Below the pieces are notes generated by a model. That model saw only the letters and a list, made by a program, of their open reading frames with translations. It did no database searches and was not told the origin of the DNA. A stretch of 64,000 nt of DNA. Origin: Felis catus (lineage: Eukaryota). Made by a program: the position numbers and the translations under genes. Positions 1-12,012 of this stretch are shown here, piece after piece. The stretch lies in contig NC_058368.1 in assembly GCF_018350175.1 (NCBI RefSeq), forward strand, positions 236,656,001-236,720,000, read 5' to 3'. The stretch's first letter is position 1. Each line of letters starts with the position of its first letter.

Positions 1-49
1 GTGGGGAGAGGGACCCAAGATGTCTGTTAAAATGTCAGTTCCTTCTTCT

Positions 50-155
50 GAGCATCTGATTCAAAAAAATGAGGCCCTGAACTTTGGATTTTTAACACAA
101 TTCCCAACTAATTTTGATGCAGGTACTCTACAGACAACACTTAGAGAAATACTGT
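50..155. mobile_element. MER5-like hAT DNA transposon remnant
   Basis: 'ttttaacacaattcccaactaattttgatgcaggtactctacagacaacacttagagaaatactg' resembles the MER5 terminal segment. Confidence 0.55.
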
Positions 156-314
156 TGCAAACTACACATTTTATCATTTGAACTTTTTCATGAGGAAAAA
201 GCAATAAACAGCATCCATTTGTGCTATGTTGACACTAGCAAAGATCATTCCAAAATCATCTGGGAATCACCACCGGCATTATTTGGCATTCCCACAGTAA
301 CAGGGAGGAGGAAA

Positions 315-570
315 TAGTGGTCAGCACACAGTCTGCAGAGCCATCCACTTGTGATTAGGTCCTAGTATCATCTCTTCCAAGCCTACCAGCCTCCAACCAC
401 TTTGGATACAGCAATTTTAGTGCCTACTCATGCACAGGGGGTATGACAAGAGAATCCATACCATCGGATAATGAACATTGAGCAAGCTCTCTGTGTATGT
501 AAGATAGTTAGCCCAGCATCTAGCACAGAGTACAAGGTTAAGAAACATTTGTTACTGCTATTATCATTCA
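315..570 (+). mobile_element. MIR SINE remnant
   Basis: Degenerate MIR 3' end 'gtaagatagttagcccagcatctagcacagagtacaagg...ttgttactgctattatc'. Confidence 0.55.
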
Positions 571-1404
571 CTGTCAATTACTGCATTTAACACGTCTCAA
601 TAGCTGGCAAAGTGCCTTATTTGATGAGGCAAATTATCCAGCAAAAAGAAATTATGGCCACAATGTAAGTTGATGCAATTTAATGAAATTAAGAAGCAAC
701 GACCTTACGTTTGGTCTTAAATGTGCTCACGTGGCTTAGTGGAAAGAGCACTGTGTTATACCTTGTACTTCACATTTGTGGTTATTTTTGTGAGTCTTTT
801 CGTTAGTGCCACCGTCGAGGAAATGTTTTTACTGGTAAAGCAAGTAAAAGAACACGTTGACCCCAGATTGTTGGGAGCCTCACTAACGTAACGTTTCTGA
901 ATGCAACTGGAAAAGTAAAGGACAATGCTAATGCTAAGGGACGTCATATTTCGACATGAATCTCACCACACTGAAGATGCTGTGGCTGAACTTTCCTAGT
1001 ATCCCCAGTGATTTAACACTGAGCCATTGTCCCAGGAATTTGATTCTTTTCCTGGACAGAAGAAAACCACGATTTGCTAGTTTTAGATATGAGGATAAAT
1101 ATACTTACTCTTTGAGCTTTTGTATAAGCTCCCAGGGAACATCAAACAGTAATCTGAATCTAAAAAGTATAAGACAAGCTGGACAAGAATCATCTTTGAA
1201 AGATTGACCCTTTGGGAGCCAGCTGGGCAAAAGCGTTGGGATTAAGGTTCAAACTGTGTTTAGCCCCTTGTGTGATAGGTCAGTAAGTCAATTTAGTCAT
1301 AAATATGCTTGTATTTTTCTCAGTTAATGTCCCAGATGGATGACAGCAAAGGAATGTATGTGCCTCTCTACATATATCTGTATCTAGACAGTTAGGTGGC
1401 TAGA

Positions 1405-1429
1405 ATAGAGATGGGTGGATGGATGGAAG

Positions 1430-1466
<37 letters not shown>

Positions 1467-1830
1467 CAGATGGATAGATAATAGATGGATAGATGATAGA
1501 TGGATAGGTGATGGATGGATGGATAGATAGATGACAGTGAATAGATGGATGGATGGATGGATAGATAGATGATAAATGGATGGATGGATGGATGGATACA
1601 AACATGATAAATAGATGAGTGGATGGGTGGATGGATGGACGGATAGATAATAGATGTATAGATAGATGATAGAAGAATAGATACATGAATGATAGTTGAT
1701 GGATGGATAGATAGGATACATGATAAACAATGGATAGATGGATAGATATAGATGGATAGGTAGATAATAGGTGGATAGATAAATGATTGATAGATAGATA
1801 AATGAAAGATTATAGATGGATAGATAAATG

Positions 1831-1878
<48 letters not shown>
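1405..1878 (+). repeat. Compound (GATA)n/(GGAT)n tetranucleotide repeat
   Basis: Directly visible; source of the IHPS/IYLS pseudo-ORFs. Confidence 0.98.
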
Positions 1879-2103
1879 TTGAGTCCAAAGTGTTGGTGGA
1901 ACAGTGACTTCTAAGAAGTCTCATTTCTACTTTTCTTCTGAGCATAATAAATGCTGTGGATGTGAACTGTTGTCAAGCCAATCTGAATTTGTTGTGTAAT
2001 TGTTATTCCTATTCTGCTTATAGAGAAGCTAATTATTGTATTATAACATGGAATCGTAATGTTAAAATTTGGAGGCATTTATTCATTGTATTTGGAATTA
2101 GGT

Positions 2104-2106
<3 letters not shown>

Positions 2107-2147
<41 letters not shown>
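2107..2147 (+). repeat. (CA)n microsatellite
   Basis: About 20 uninterrupted CA units. Confidence 0.98.
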
Positions 2148-2148
<1 letters not shown>

Positions 2149-2479
2149 TATTCCCTGTCCACTACTTCTGTTGCCTATGATATTTCCAGGAAGGGCCAGG
2201 GCCTTCAGAAGGGAGGTGAAAATCATACTGCAGTGAAATCTGATGTGGGGTGGCCTCCTCACATATGTGCTGTGTGTTTCATGGCACTTGCCCATGACGT
2301 TTCCTTATTGAGGTCCTCAAGTGCTCAGTACTGCCTGAAATCCTGATGCCTCCATGCCCACACTGCCTTTTCCACTTCCCTTGCCCCCTGCTCTTGACTG
2401 TGCTGATGTTAATCTTGGTCATGGTGTGCAGCATTTTTATAGAATAGTGAATTAGCACACTGGCAAATGTCAAGTTTTG

Positions 2480-2850
2480 TAAATGTGCTCAAATATGGTG
2501 TGTATTCTACTATTGTTGACTGCTGTATACACACACATGCATCAATCATGTGAAGTTTCTTAATAATTTTGTTCAAATCTTTTGTATCTCTTCGATCATG
2601 CCCCTTCCATACCTCTATTCCCTATATCTTCTAAAATGTTCCTATCTTTTGTCTTTTCATAAGAAAAGCGTATTAGCCTCCCCTACCATGATTACAGAGT
2701 TCTCTATTTTTGTTTCATTTACTTCTGTCAATTTTCACTCCCTACATATTGCAGCTACATTATTAACTGCTACATGTGCCTTGTGCTGAACCTTTTATCA
2801 TTATTATGTGCTGCTCTTTACTTTTGTCAAGGCCTTTTGCTTTATAATTT
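2480..2850 (-). mobile_element. Ancient L1 (L1M) ORF2-region fragment
   Basis: T-rich antisense L1-type text such as 'ttctgtcaattttcac' and 'gaaccttttatcattat'. Confidence 0.65.
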
Positions 2851-3190
2851 CAAGATCATAAAAAAACAGTGAAGGAAATATCCATCATCTAGACCTATAA
2901 GTTAAGTTTTGGCATGACAAATAGACACTTAGTCAAGGAGTGAAGAGCCCCAAAGACAATCAATGCCCATGAAGAAGAAATGTCTGCCCTGGGAGCAAAT
3001 ACCACTGTTCCCAAAGAAAAGGAATCTCCACAGAAAGGAGAAATAAACACAGTTTGTAAAATATACTGTAAATATTTGGAAAATACAGAATGGAAAAAAT
3101 AGGTATTTGTTGAAATCATTTGTATTTTCCAAAAAATAAACAAACCTTAGATTCTATAAAAAGTAAGATAGTATGCTGAATTTTTTTAAA

Positions 3191-3402
3191 TTTTTTTTTC
3201 AACATTTATTTATTTTTGGGACAGAGAGAGACAGAGCATGAACGGGGGAGGGGCAGAGAGAGAGGGAGACACAGAATCGGAAACAGGCTCCAGGCTCCAA
3301 GCCATCAGCCCAGAGCCCAACGCGGGGCTCGAACTCACGGACCGTGAGATCGTGACCTGGCTGAAGTCGGACGCTTAACCGACTGCGCCACCCAGGCGCC
3401 CC
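3191..3402 (-). mobile_element. CAN-SINE, young felid SINEC_Fc-type
   Basis: Full tRNA-derived head, (CT)n and A-tail on the minus strand; 15-bp target-site duplication (TSD) ctgaatttttttaaa at 3176-3190 and 3402-3416. Confidence 0.97.
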
Positions 3403-3459
3403 TGAATTTTTTTAAAAAGAAACTAAATGAACTAACCAAAGGAAAAAAAAACTAAGAAA

Positions 3460-3678
3460 GGGCCACCTGGGTAGCTCAGTCGGTTGAGCATCCGACTTCA
3501 GCTCAGGTCATGATTTCACAGTTCGTGGGTTCGAGCCCCATGTCGGGCTCTGTGCTGACAGCTTGGAGCCTGGAGCCTGCTTTGGATTCTGTGTCTCCTT
3601 CTCTCTACCCCTTCCCCAATCATGCTCTGTCTCTCTCTCTCTGTCTCTCAAAGATGAATAAACATTAAAAAGAAACTT
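3460..3678 (+). mobile_element. CAN-SINE
   Basis: Head gggccacctgggtagctcagtcggttgag; TSD aaaaaaaactaagaaa on both sides. Confidence 0.96.
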
Positions 3679-4339
3679 AAAAAAAACTAAGAAAAATGAG
3701 AATTGAAGAGTATAAAGTAATATTAGGATCATTATGGTCCTGAGTCAAAGCTATGAGAAAGAGAATCAGTGCTATGGATGGCAAGCTTCAGAAAATAGAA
3801 TAAAGTTGCAAAGTGATTAAAATTCACAGAGAAATAAGGCTAAAGGATAGAAACAGAGATCAAAATATTCATAAAAGATATTCCAAAAGAAGCTAAAAGA
3901 ATAAGTCAAAAAAAGAAAAACAAACCAAAAAAGGGGGCCTAAAATGATAATCTAGAGGAAAACTGTTCTGAATTGAAACAAGACAAGGACTTGCATTTTA
4001 TTTCCCAAGAACAACCAAAAGCATAATCAAGTGAATGTATGGACTTTCCCAGAGGCAAACTCAAATGAGATTGTTTTCTTATTTCAAAGACATTGTGAGA
4101 AAAAAATCACAACAATCATGATGACCAATTTGCTTTTTGAGTTTATGTAGACAAAATTTGAATCGCACCTGAAAAGCACAAGTAATTACAATAACAGACT
4201 GAAGTTCCCTCGCTTGTTATAATTATAATTAGAAACGACATGAGAACCACTGAAAGTAAACCAACTGATTATGCAAAAGGTTTACACCCCATGTAGCAAA
4301 TTTTATGTATCTTCAGTATTGTAACTTGTATTTCAAGTT

Positions 4340-4450
4340 TGTCTGTACTTCCTCTGTCTGGCTTATTTCATTCTGCACAATGACCTCCAGGTTTATCTAT
4401 GTTGTAGCCAGTAACAGGACTCCCTCTTTTAAGAAAAACCTGAATGATAT

Positions 4451-4492
<42 letters not shown>

Positions 4493-5000
4493 TTATATGT
4501 ATATAATCTGTTATATAAAATGTATACATTTATTGAAGTTTTCAAATTATATATTGTGTGAATTATATAAATATATATCATATTTACTTCATTTATCTCT
4601 TATTGGACATTTAGGTTGTTCTCATGTCTTGGCTATAATAAATAATATTTGCAATGAATATAAGGGGGATATGAAGATATCTCTTCAAGAGAGTGGCTTT
4701 GTTTCCTTCAGATATATTCCCAAAGGCAAAATCAGTGGAATATATGATAGTTCTTTTTTTTACTGTTTTGTGGAGCCTCCACAGGTTTCCACAGGGGCTA
4801 CACCAACTCACATCCCCACCAATAGTATGCAAGCATTCCCTTTTTTCACAGCCTCGTCAACACGTACTGCCCTTTGTTTTGTTTTGCTTTGTTTCTGTTT
4901 TATAATAGTCATCCTGTCTGGGAATTCACAATTCCCAGATGTTGAGCATATGTTCATATATGTATTGGCCATTTGTATTTCTTCTTTGGCAAAATATTGA
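4340..5000 (-). mobile_element. L1 (L1MA/MB-type) ORF2-end/3'UTR segment; inverted part of a 5'-inverted insertion
   Basis: Antisense L1 hallmarks: 'tctgtctggcttatttca', 'ggacatttaggttgttctcatgtcttggctat', 'cccaccaatagtatgcaagcattccc', 'gttgagcat...ttggccatttgtatttcttcttt'. Confidence 0.9.
4454..4484 (+). repeat. (CA)n microsatellite inside L1
   Basis: Visible CA run followed by an AT-rich expansion. Confidence 0.95.
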
Positions 5001-5440
5001 CTACTGTAAGATTCCACTTATATGTGGGATCTAAAGTAGTCAACTTGGTAGAAGCAAAGAGTTGGACTATGGTGGCCAGAGGCTGCAGAGAGAAGGAAAT
5101 GGGAAGTATTAGTAAATGCATACAAAGTTCGAGTTACGCAACATGAGTAAGACCTAAAGATCCACTTATAACACAGTGCCCACAGTTAACAACGCCGTAC
5201 TACACACTTAAAAATTTGTTAGGAAGACAGGTCATATCCTAAGTGCCCTTTTTACAAAAGAAAAAGTCTTTTCACATAAATACGAGAACAGGAAGGAACT
5301 TCGGCAACCAATGGATAGGTTTATGGCATGCATTATAGTCATGATCTCATGAGTGTATACTTACTTCCAACCTCATCATGGTGTACACATTAAAGAGATA
5401 CAGCATTTTGTATGCCAATCATATCTCCATACAGTGGTTT
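5001..5440 (+). mobile_element. L1MB-type 3'UTR; non-inverted part of the same insertion
   Basis: 'tactgtaagattccacttatatgtgggatctaaagtagtcaac...tggtggccagaggctg...tgtacacattaaa...ttttgtatgccaatcatatctc'. Confidence 0.88.
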
Positions 5441-7322
5441 AGAGAGCAACTTTAAATAACATTTATAAAAAGAAATTCAATATTCATTTGATTTATGTGA
5501 ACATAACATCTCATACTTGTGTATGGATGACCCTGTGTTGAAACGTTTTTATTTGTGCGTTTCTTTTACTTCGCAAACGTTATACAAGTCCTCCACAATT
5601 TAGTGGATTGCAGATCCTCTGATGAAAAAGTATAATAAAGCAAAATTAAAAATTAAAATAATTCATCTTTATCTTAATATTGTTTGATATCAAATTAAAG
5701 AAGATGTCACTTTTAACCAAATTATTGACAGATAATGCATAAATATTTAATTTAAAATAAATTAAAGAGCAAGTGTACTTGTTAAATAGGAAACATGAAA
5801 ATATGTCTTTAAATTTTAACCATTACTGAAGACTATACGAACAGAAAAATTAGAATAAAATTTTAATGATATTCTGAACTGAAATAATTTTTTTTAAATA
5901 AAAACCACTGCTTTATTATGCAACAGATGAAGTGCTTTCATAAAAGAGAAAAATTCCCAAGGGGATTCTTTAGATATGTTATTGCAAAAGGAGTTCATGG
6001 ATCCAGAATGTTTGGGAAGCCCTAGGCTAGGAACGTTTCGGAAATTCAAGGTTTTCTCATATTCACTTAGTGGGCAAATCTCCATGGCCCTTACTGAAAC
6101 TCAATTTATGCAACGGGACTCTCACTGGAAAATAGATGAGTGGGTCGCTAATATGGAGCAAACACTAGGCAGAGGGGGTTTTGGAAAGACACCTGGGGAG
6201 GGCCGGTGATCCCACCTCTTCTCGTGACTTGATCCCCTGCTGTGCCTTCCATTCTGGCTTCAGGGGCTGTAAGACTGGTGAGCAGACCCCATCTCCCATG
6301 TGAAGACATAACCTCTACATTGAAAAATCCTCTTTTTCCAAAATACATCCAGCCCTTGGCTTTTTGCTGTTGCCCAAAATGTTTCAGCGTTACTCCTGAG
6401 AATAGAATCAAAGTAAGAATCAATCCAGTCACAGTAAGTACAGACACATTATCACCATCGTCAGGCAAGATGGGCATCTCTGTCACACGCCATGTTGGCA
6501 CCCCCTAGCTCAGGACCAGATCACCCAGGCAAGTGCAACAATTCTGGTCATCTGACTGAGCACTGTTCTCAGGGGACCAGCCGGTGAGGTGGCAGGAGGC
6601 CTGGAAACGGAGGTCCAGCAGCAGGAGAGCAGGTAAACCTCACAACATTGCCTAAGGCCACCCAGCCTAACATGGTCCCCAGATGGGTGATCCCAGCACC
6701 ATAATACTTTACATGGTGTAAGTCAAGCCAAAATTACATCTTAACCTTAACTGGAATCTTCAGGGATGAAAATTCTGAACTACACTTCAGATGACAAGTT
6801 TTGTGATTTAAACATTGATTATACCACACTCTCCCTTGTTTTTAGACATTTCAGTTGGTTATTTTAACTCAATTTCAGCTACACTGTTGGGATAGTTTGG
6901 GGAGCCCCTTCTCCCCAGTTTGGTGTTAGCCAAAGACAATGTTTCATGAGAGCATGATCTTCCTGAAATGCTTTTTTCTCTGGGCTGCAGTCTTTCTTTA
7001 TGAGAACTTCACCCACCTTGGCACCTACTCTCTTTCATTTCCAGAATTGTGCCATGTTCTGGACAATGAGGTTTATTCTGGTTAATGCCCCTTTGTCCAT
7101 CAGTGTGTTGGCTGTTGTTATTGTAGCCACAGGAGCACAGACCTAAAATGCTCTTGGCAGACTGACCTAACTCCCAAGTGACTGTTTCACGTTTGAAACC
7201 TCATGATTAGAAAGGTTCAACGTTCACTCATGACCGATAATTGTAAAATTTGTGCAGACTTGTCTCAAAATGACCCCCACACTGCTCGTATACAAATTAA
7301 TCTCCCTATTAATCTATTTTTA

Positions 7323-7358
7323 TTTTTTAATTTATTTTTTAAGGTTTATTTATTTTTT

Positions 7359-7389
<31 letters not shown>

Positions 7390-7549
7390 GAAGACCAAGG
7401 GAGGAAGGAGCAGAGAGAGGACCCCAAGCAGGCTCCACACCATCAGAGTGGAGCCCGATGTAGGGCTCCAACCCAAGAACCATGAGACGTGACCTGAACC
7501 GAAGTCAGGAGTTGGACGCTTGATTTACTGAGCCCCCCAAGTATCCCCC
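7323..7549 (-). mobile_element. CAN-SINE, older diverged copy
   Basis: T-rich tail, (GA)n, 'gcaggctccacacc...gagcccgatgtagggctc'; TSD ttaatctatttt. Confidence 0.92.
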
Positions 7550-8179
7550 TCTTAATCTATTTTTAAAACAAAGGTCACTCAATGTTGACATGTAGGTGCA
7601 AGGTTTGGGCTCGTCTTAACGTAGCAGATCCCAGTCCAAGATTCTCATTGTGTGTGTCCTTCTCCCAGCAAGTGGGGCAGGACAGGGGTGAATCAATCAC
7701 AGGTCTATCAGTCTCAGGCCCATATCTACCCTTGATTGCCTGCTTGGTGACAACAGAGGGGATGCTGTAAACTTTTCATTTTCTACTTGGGACCGCTTCA
7801 TCAGTGGAGCATGCTGGAAAGACAATGAAGGAGGAAGCGGCTTCTGTACCTCTTCCGGGGTGCTCTTTCTGCGCACACCCTTGTGGCAGGCGCAGCATCT
7901 GCGGCCCAGACTTGCCATATGCCATGGAGGGCAGCGACACACACACTCCCCACGGCGACTTTGCTGAAGTTCTCAGGCTCAGTACATCCCTGCCAACAAC
8001 TCCCCGTGACACTAGAATGTAAACTCCCACTGAGTCCTCGAGGAATCCCACTCAGAACACATCCCCCCCATCCTTCAAGCCGTAGACACCCTCCACCACA
8101 AGGTCCAGATCCTGCTCTAGGACGGGGGTGCTTCCAGACTTGTCCCTGTGACACTCTTCCATGTACAGCCCTCGATTGA

Positions 8180-8351
8180 GGGGCCCCTCCCAGGACCCTC
8201 CGTTCCTATATCCTTTAAAGTTCTCTCTAGCCTTTTCTAGCCAATCCCGCATGATGCCTGTACTCTAACACAGCCAATAAATATTTATACTAAACTTGAC
8301 CTGATCACATTTCTGTGTGGTTTCTGTATCCCCACTGGACCCTGACTGATG
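8180..8351 (+). mobile_element. ERVL LTR 3' end (LTR33-like)
   Basis: AATAAA followed by 'tgtgtggtttctgtatccccactggaccctgactgatg', close to the LTR33 terminus. Confidence 0.6.
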
Positions 8352-8944
8352 TGGGGCCTCCAGAGCCCACGGAGAATATGAGGGCCTCGAATATTAGTTC
8401 CCTCTGTCGCTGGATTACATCTCAATGGCCACAAAAAGCATCATCTGGCTTTAAAATGTAAACTGAATTCCTGTGCCACTGGGCTTCTTGAGCCCTACGG
8501 TTAATGGACTCACCTCTAAAATGGGTGCTAGAAGTAGGAACATATTGCTGCTTTCTCCCTGTTTTGATCAAATAGGAGAAATCTAAACTATTGACTAAAA
8601 AGCCAGTGAAAGGCATGACTGTGCCTTGCTTTCTCCGAAGGAATATGAGTTGTCTTCTGGGTCCCAAACAAGTTTAGGGAAAGGTGCAGACTGAACATAA
8701 AGCCTTGTTATACCTCTCTACTAGGATGCCAGGAAAAAAAATAGATAAATAAATGCAGGTAGAGAAAAAAAAAAAGTTCAGCCATGTAAGATTTCCCTTT
8801 GGAACCAAATTTCATAACTTCATCCAAAAGCCAGCACTGTCGAAGTTTCAAAAGGTCACAGAAGCAGAGACAGACCGTGCTAAACGGGTAGTAAAAAAAC
8901 ATGCTGTCACGTTTAAGCTTTCACTTACTACCGCATTGGAAACG

Positions 8945-8983
8945 AAAACAACAACAAAAACAACAACAACAACCACCACCACC
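8945..8983 (+). repeat. Compound (AAC)n-(ACC)n trinucleotide repeat
   Basis: aaaacaacaacaaaaacaacaacaacaaccaccaccacc. Confidence 0.9.
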
Positions 8984-10992
8984 TTTCAGAACAAAAAGAG
9001 CCTTAGGGAAGGAATGTCTTAAAAAGAAAGAATTTCTGAAGTTATTGGAAAGAGATCTTTCAACGTGAACAAAACCAGCCAATATGGGAAAGTCAGAGAT
9101 GGGTTTTCACCCGTGCAGGACAGTTGTTGGCGAACGATTCTGGCCAAATCGCATCTCCCATGCCTGTCGTCCCGAAAACAAAGAGTCAGCTGCCCTGCTC
9201 CCTGGGGTCTGTTCTCCTCTGGCCTGCTCGGCCCCCGTGGAGCTCAGTGTGTCCCCGTCTAGAGTCCCTGTCTCCTTACTTGGAAATGCCAGCTTCCCCG
9301 TCTTTTCATTTGTAGTCCAGACTTGAAGGCAGTTGGTCCTGGGACCCAGGCAGGGGGAGGAGGACCGGTTTTCATCGAACCTGAATGGAAACCACCTAAC
9401 CGTTACCCTAGCTCTAAACTCAGCTAGAATGGGAACTCCAGAAAAGAGTTTGGACAATTAACCCATTTTGTGAGTCCCGCTTAGGGCACTTCGTGGTTCA
9501 GAGCCATTCTTTAAAATTTTTGCACCGACGTTATGTGACTGCATAGGCTTCATCTCCACTCTGACATCAAATGCTGTTACGTTCCTCTCACACGTGGGCC
9601 AACTAGTTCAGGGTTTTGTCCCAGCAGTGATGGGAAGAAAGGCCTCCTCAAGTCCCTTTTTGAAGTTTTACTCTCATCTGTGTATCAAGAGGAGGGCCAC
9701 AGAGAAAAACACCCTGGCTCAATGTCCCCGTCCTGTTTGGAATACCCTAAACAAATCGTCTAGTTTACAAAGAGACGGTGGTGCGTTGCTGTCCGTGGAG
9801 TTGCTTTCTGCCGGGGCCAGGCTCTCACAGGGCTCACGGGCTCCAGCAGGGTGATCTATGCACATTCTGTGCCTCCCTCGAGCTCGCTGGGATCTCCAGC
9901 CACCAACCATTTATTATCCTGAAGCCGTCTTTTTTGGCTGCGTTCTGTGGTGAGCCAACTAGGAAGAGCCCCCCCCTTTCTGCGAGGGAGCCCCAGCCCG
10001 GTGCCCATTGTCGGGAACCGCAGGGGACGGGAATAGTTGGCATTGCCTCTCACTCTGCTTGGGAAAACGCTCACCATCCCGGCGCAGGACACAATGTAAG
10101 AACAGCGAGCCATCTCTCAGCCACAATGTCTGCTCAGGTTCATAAAGGGCCGAGGTCTCCCAGCACAGATGACGGAGTAGCCGGGGAAACGGATTCCCGG
10201 GGGGCATTCATTTAGGGGAATTTCAATAGGGCCCAAGGTGGCTTGTTCCAAAATGTGTCATTTTCTGTGTCTGCCCCAGTCTACTGGCATTGTTTGCATA
10301 CACAGGGCGAGGCCCCGAGGAGCCATGTGCAAGCAGTTTGGTAGAAGGATCGAGTGAAATGTTAGGGACCGTCCTGGGCAGGCGTGCCCTCCAAGACCCG
10401 TTGAGCCATCTCAAGGGTAGGAACGCGGGCCAGCGTGGGACCGGGGTGCTCGGGACTTGCGGGGGGGTCATACGGTCAAGGGATGTAGAATGTTGAAACA
10501 GAAAGGTTTCAAGGAACCCAGTTCAGGCCCATGGGGCTTTTATCAGTTAATATCATAAAACTAGATCATGTGACCGTCTCTCACTTTATACTTAACCACG
10601 TCTGTGCACCTGCACCATACTGGTCACAAACTCCGTGCTTGTGGTGAGACTGCTGGAAAAGGACGCCACAAGGACACCGCTCCGCACAGGCTGGACGTCA
10701 CAGTGGACGGCTGTCCCCAGCACCCCCCGCCGCAGGACACCCCTCGAATTTGCACGAACCCAGCCGCTCTCCCAACCGGCGACAGTGATGATGGCTGCTC
10801 TCAACTTGGACAGTCACTGCCCTGAATAAGTCAGCGGAAGGAAAGCATCAGACCCCTCTCACGTGCAGCCACCATGTCACATAATTATGGGACCACACAG
10901 TCCAGTCCACGGCCTCACCCCAGGCTCGCATCAGTGGGGCCGCAGAAGGAAAGAGATGCTGGGCCCCTCACCGTACTGAAGCCAGGCCCTGT

Positions 10993-11070
10993 CCCTGCCC
11001 CTCTGACCCCCTGCTTGGGCAAGCCACAGCCCCTGCCCCTCTGACCCCCTGCTTGGGCAAGCCACAGCCC
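10993..11070 (+). repeat. Perfect 38-bp tandem duplication
   Basis: ccctgcccctctgaccccctgcttgggcaagccacagc at 10993-11030 and 11031-11068. Confidence 0.95.
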
Positions 11071-11216
11071 ACGGGTGAGACGGCCACGTTGGCACCCCCG
11101 GGTGCCTTCTAGCCGGCACTGCCCATCGAGCCTGTAGGGGACTCTCAGGCTGTGTGTGCAATGGGGGCAGGGACAGGAGGGACACTGAGGAAAAGCTGTG
11201 TATATTCATACATTTA

Positions 11217-11439
11217 TTTTTTTCAAATTTTTTTTAACGTTTATTTAGTTTTGAGACAGAGAGAGACAGAGCATGAATGCGGGAGGGTCAGAGAGAGAGA
11301 GGGAGACACAGAATCGGAAGCAGGCTCCAGGCTCTGAGCGGTCAGCACAGAGCCCAAGGCGGGGCTTCAACTCACGGACGTGAGATCATCACCTGGGCCG
11401 AAGTCGTACGCTTAACCGACTGAGCCACCCAGGCGCCCC
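11217..11439 (-). mobile_element. CAN-SINE
   Basis: Full length; TSD tcatacattta at 11206-11216 and 11440-11450. Confidence 0.97.
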
Positions 11440-11798
11440 TCATACATTTAAAAACTGCATCCTTCCTGTTTTTTCCTGTCTTCATAATTGTTGCCTATTT
11501 CTGCCCGTATGAAAATTGGAAAGAAAAAAAAAAAAAAAAAAACAACTTGCAAACGAATCCTGAGCTGACTATCATATTTCTTTTGGCACAGATGTTCCAG
11601 AATTTAAATTTTATTTTAACACAGAAAAAAATATATAGGTTCATCTTTAATGCTGAGTTTGTGTTTGATATTGCCAAGGTAACTACTGTTACCGTTTCAC
11701 GATGTTACCTGACGTAACTGTTCCTATCAATCAGTTTAAAGTGCGGCAATTTTACAACTGCTTTGGTTTGTGAAGATAAGATATACATTTCCATGGAA

Positions 11799-12012
11799 TT
11801 TTTTAAGGTTTATTTTTATTTTTTTGGAGAGAGACAGAGAGTGCAAACAGGGGAGGGACAGAGAGAGAGATAAGGGGGCACAGAATCCAAAGCAGGCTCC
11901 AGAGTCCGAGCTGTCAGCACAGAGCCTGACGCGGGGCTCGAACCCACGAACCATGAGATCGTGACCTGAGCCAAAGTTGGAGGCTTAACTGACTGAGCCA
12001 TCCAGGTGTCCC
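11799..12012 (-). mobile_element. CAN-SINE
   Basis: Full length; TSD tccatggaa. Confidence 0.96.

Larger units (their letters stand above)
2860..4000 (+). mobile_element. Degenerate L1 ORF1/HAL1-like fragment interrupted by two SINEs
   Basis: A-rich sense strand; 'aaaatgataatctagaggaaaactgttctgaattgaaacaagacaaggacttgc' resembles the L1M/HAL1 ORF1 region. Confidence 0.45.

Noticed and set aside
1384..1945. 100-181 aa ORFs rich in IYLS/IHPS (also 14882-15373)
   Set aside because: Translations of (GATA)/(GGAT) repeats
3460..3545. tRNA-like A/B boxes here and in other SINE heads
   Set aside because: tRNA-derived CAN-SINE heads, not tRNA genes
4305..5000. 231-aa ORF
   Set aside because: Antisense reading of a decayed L1 and includes a (CA)n run
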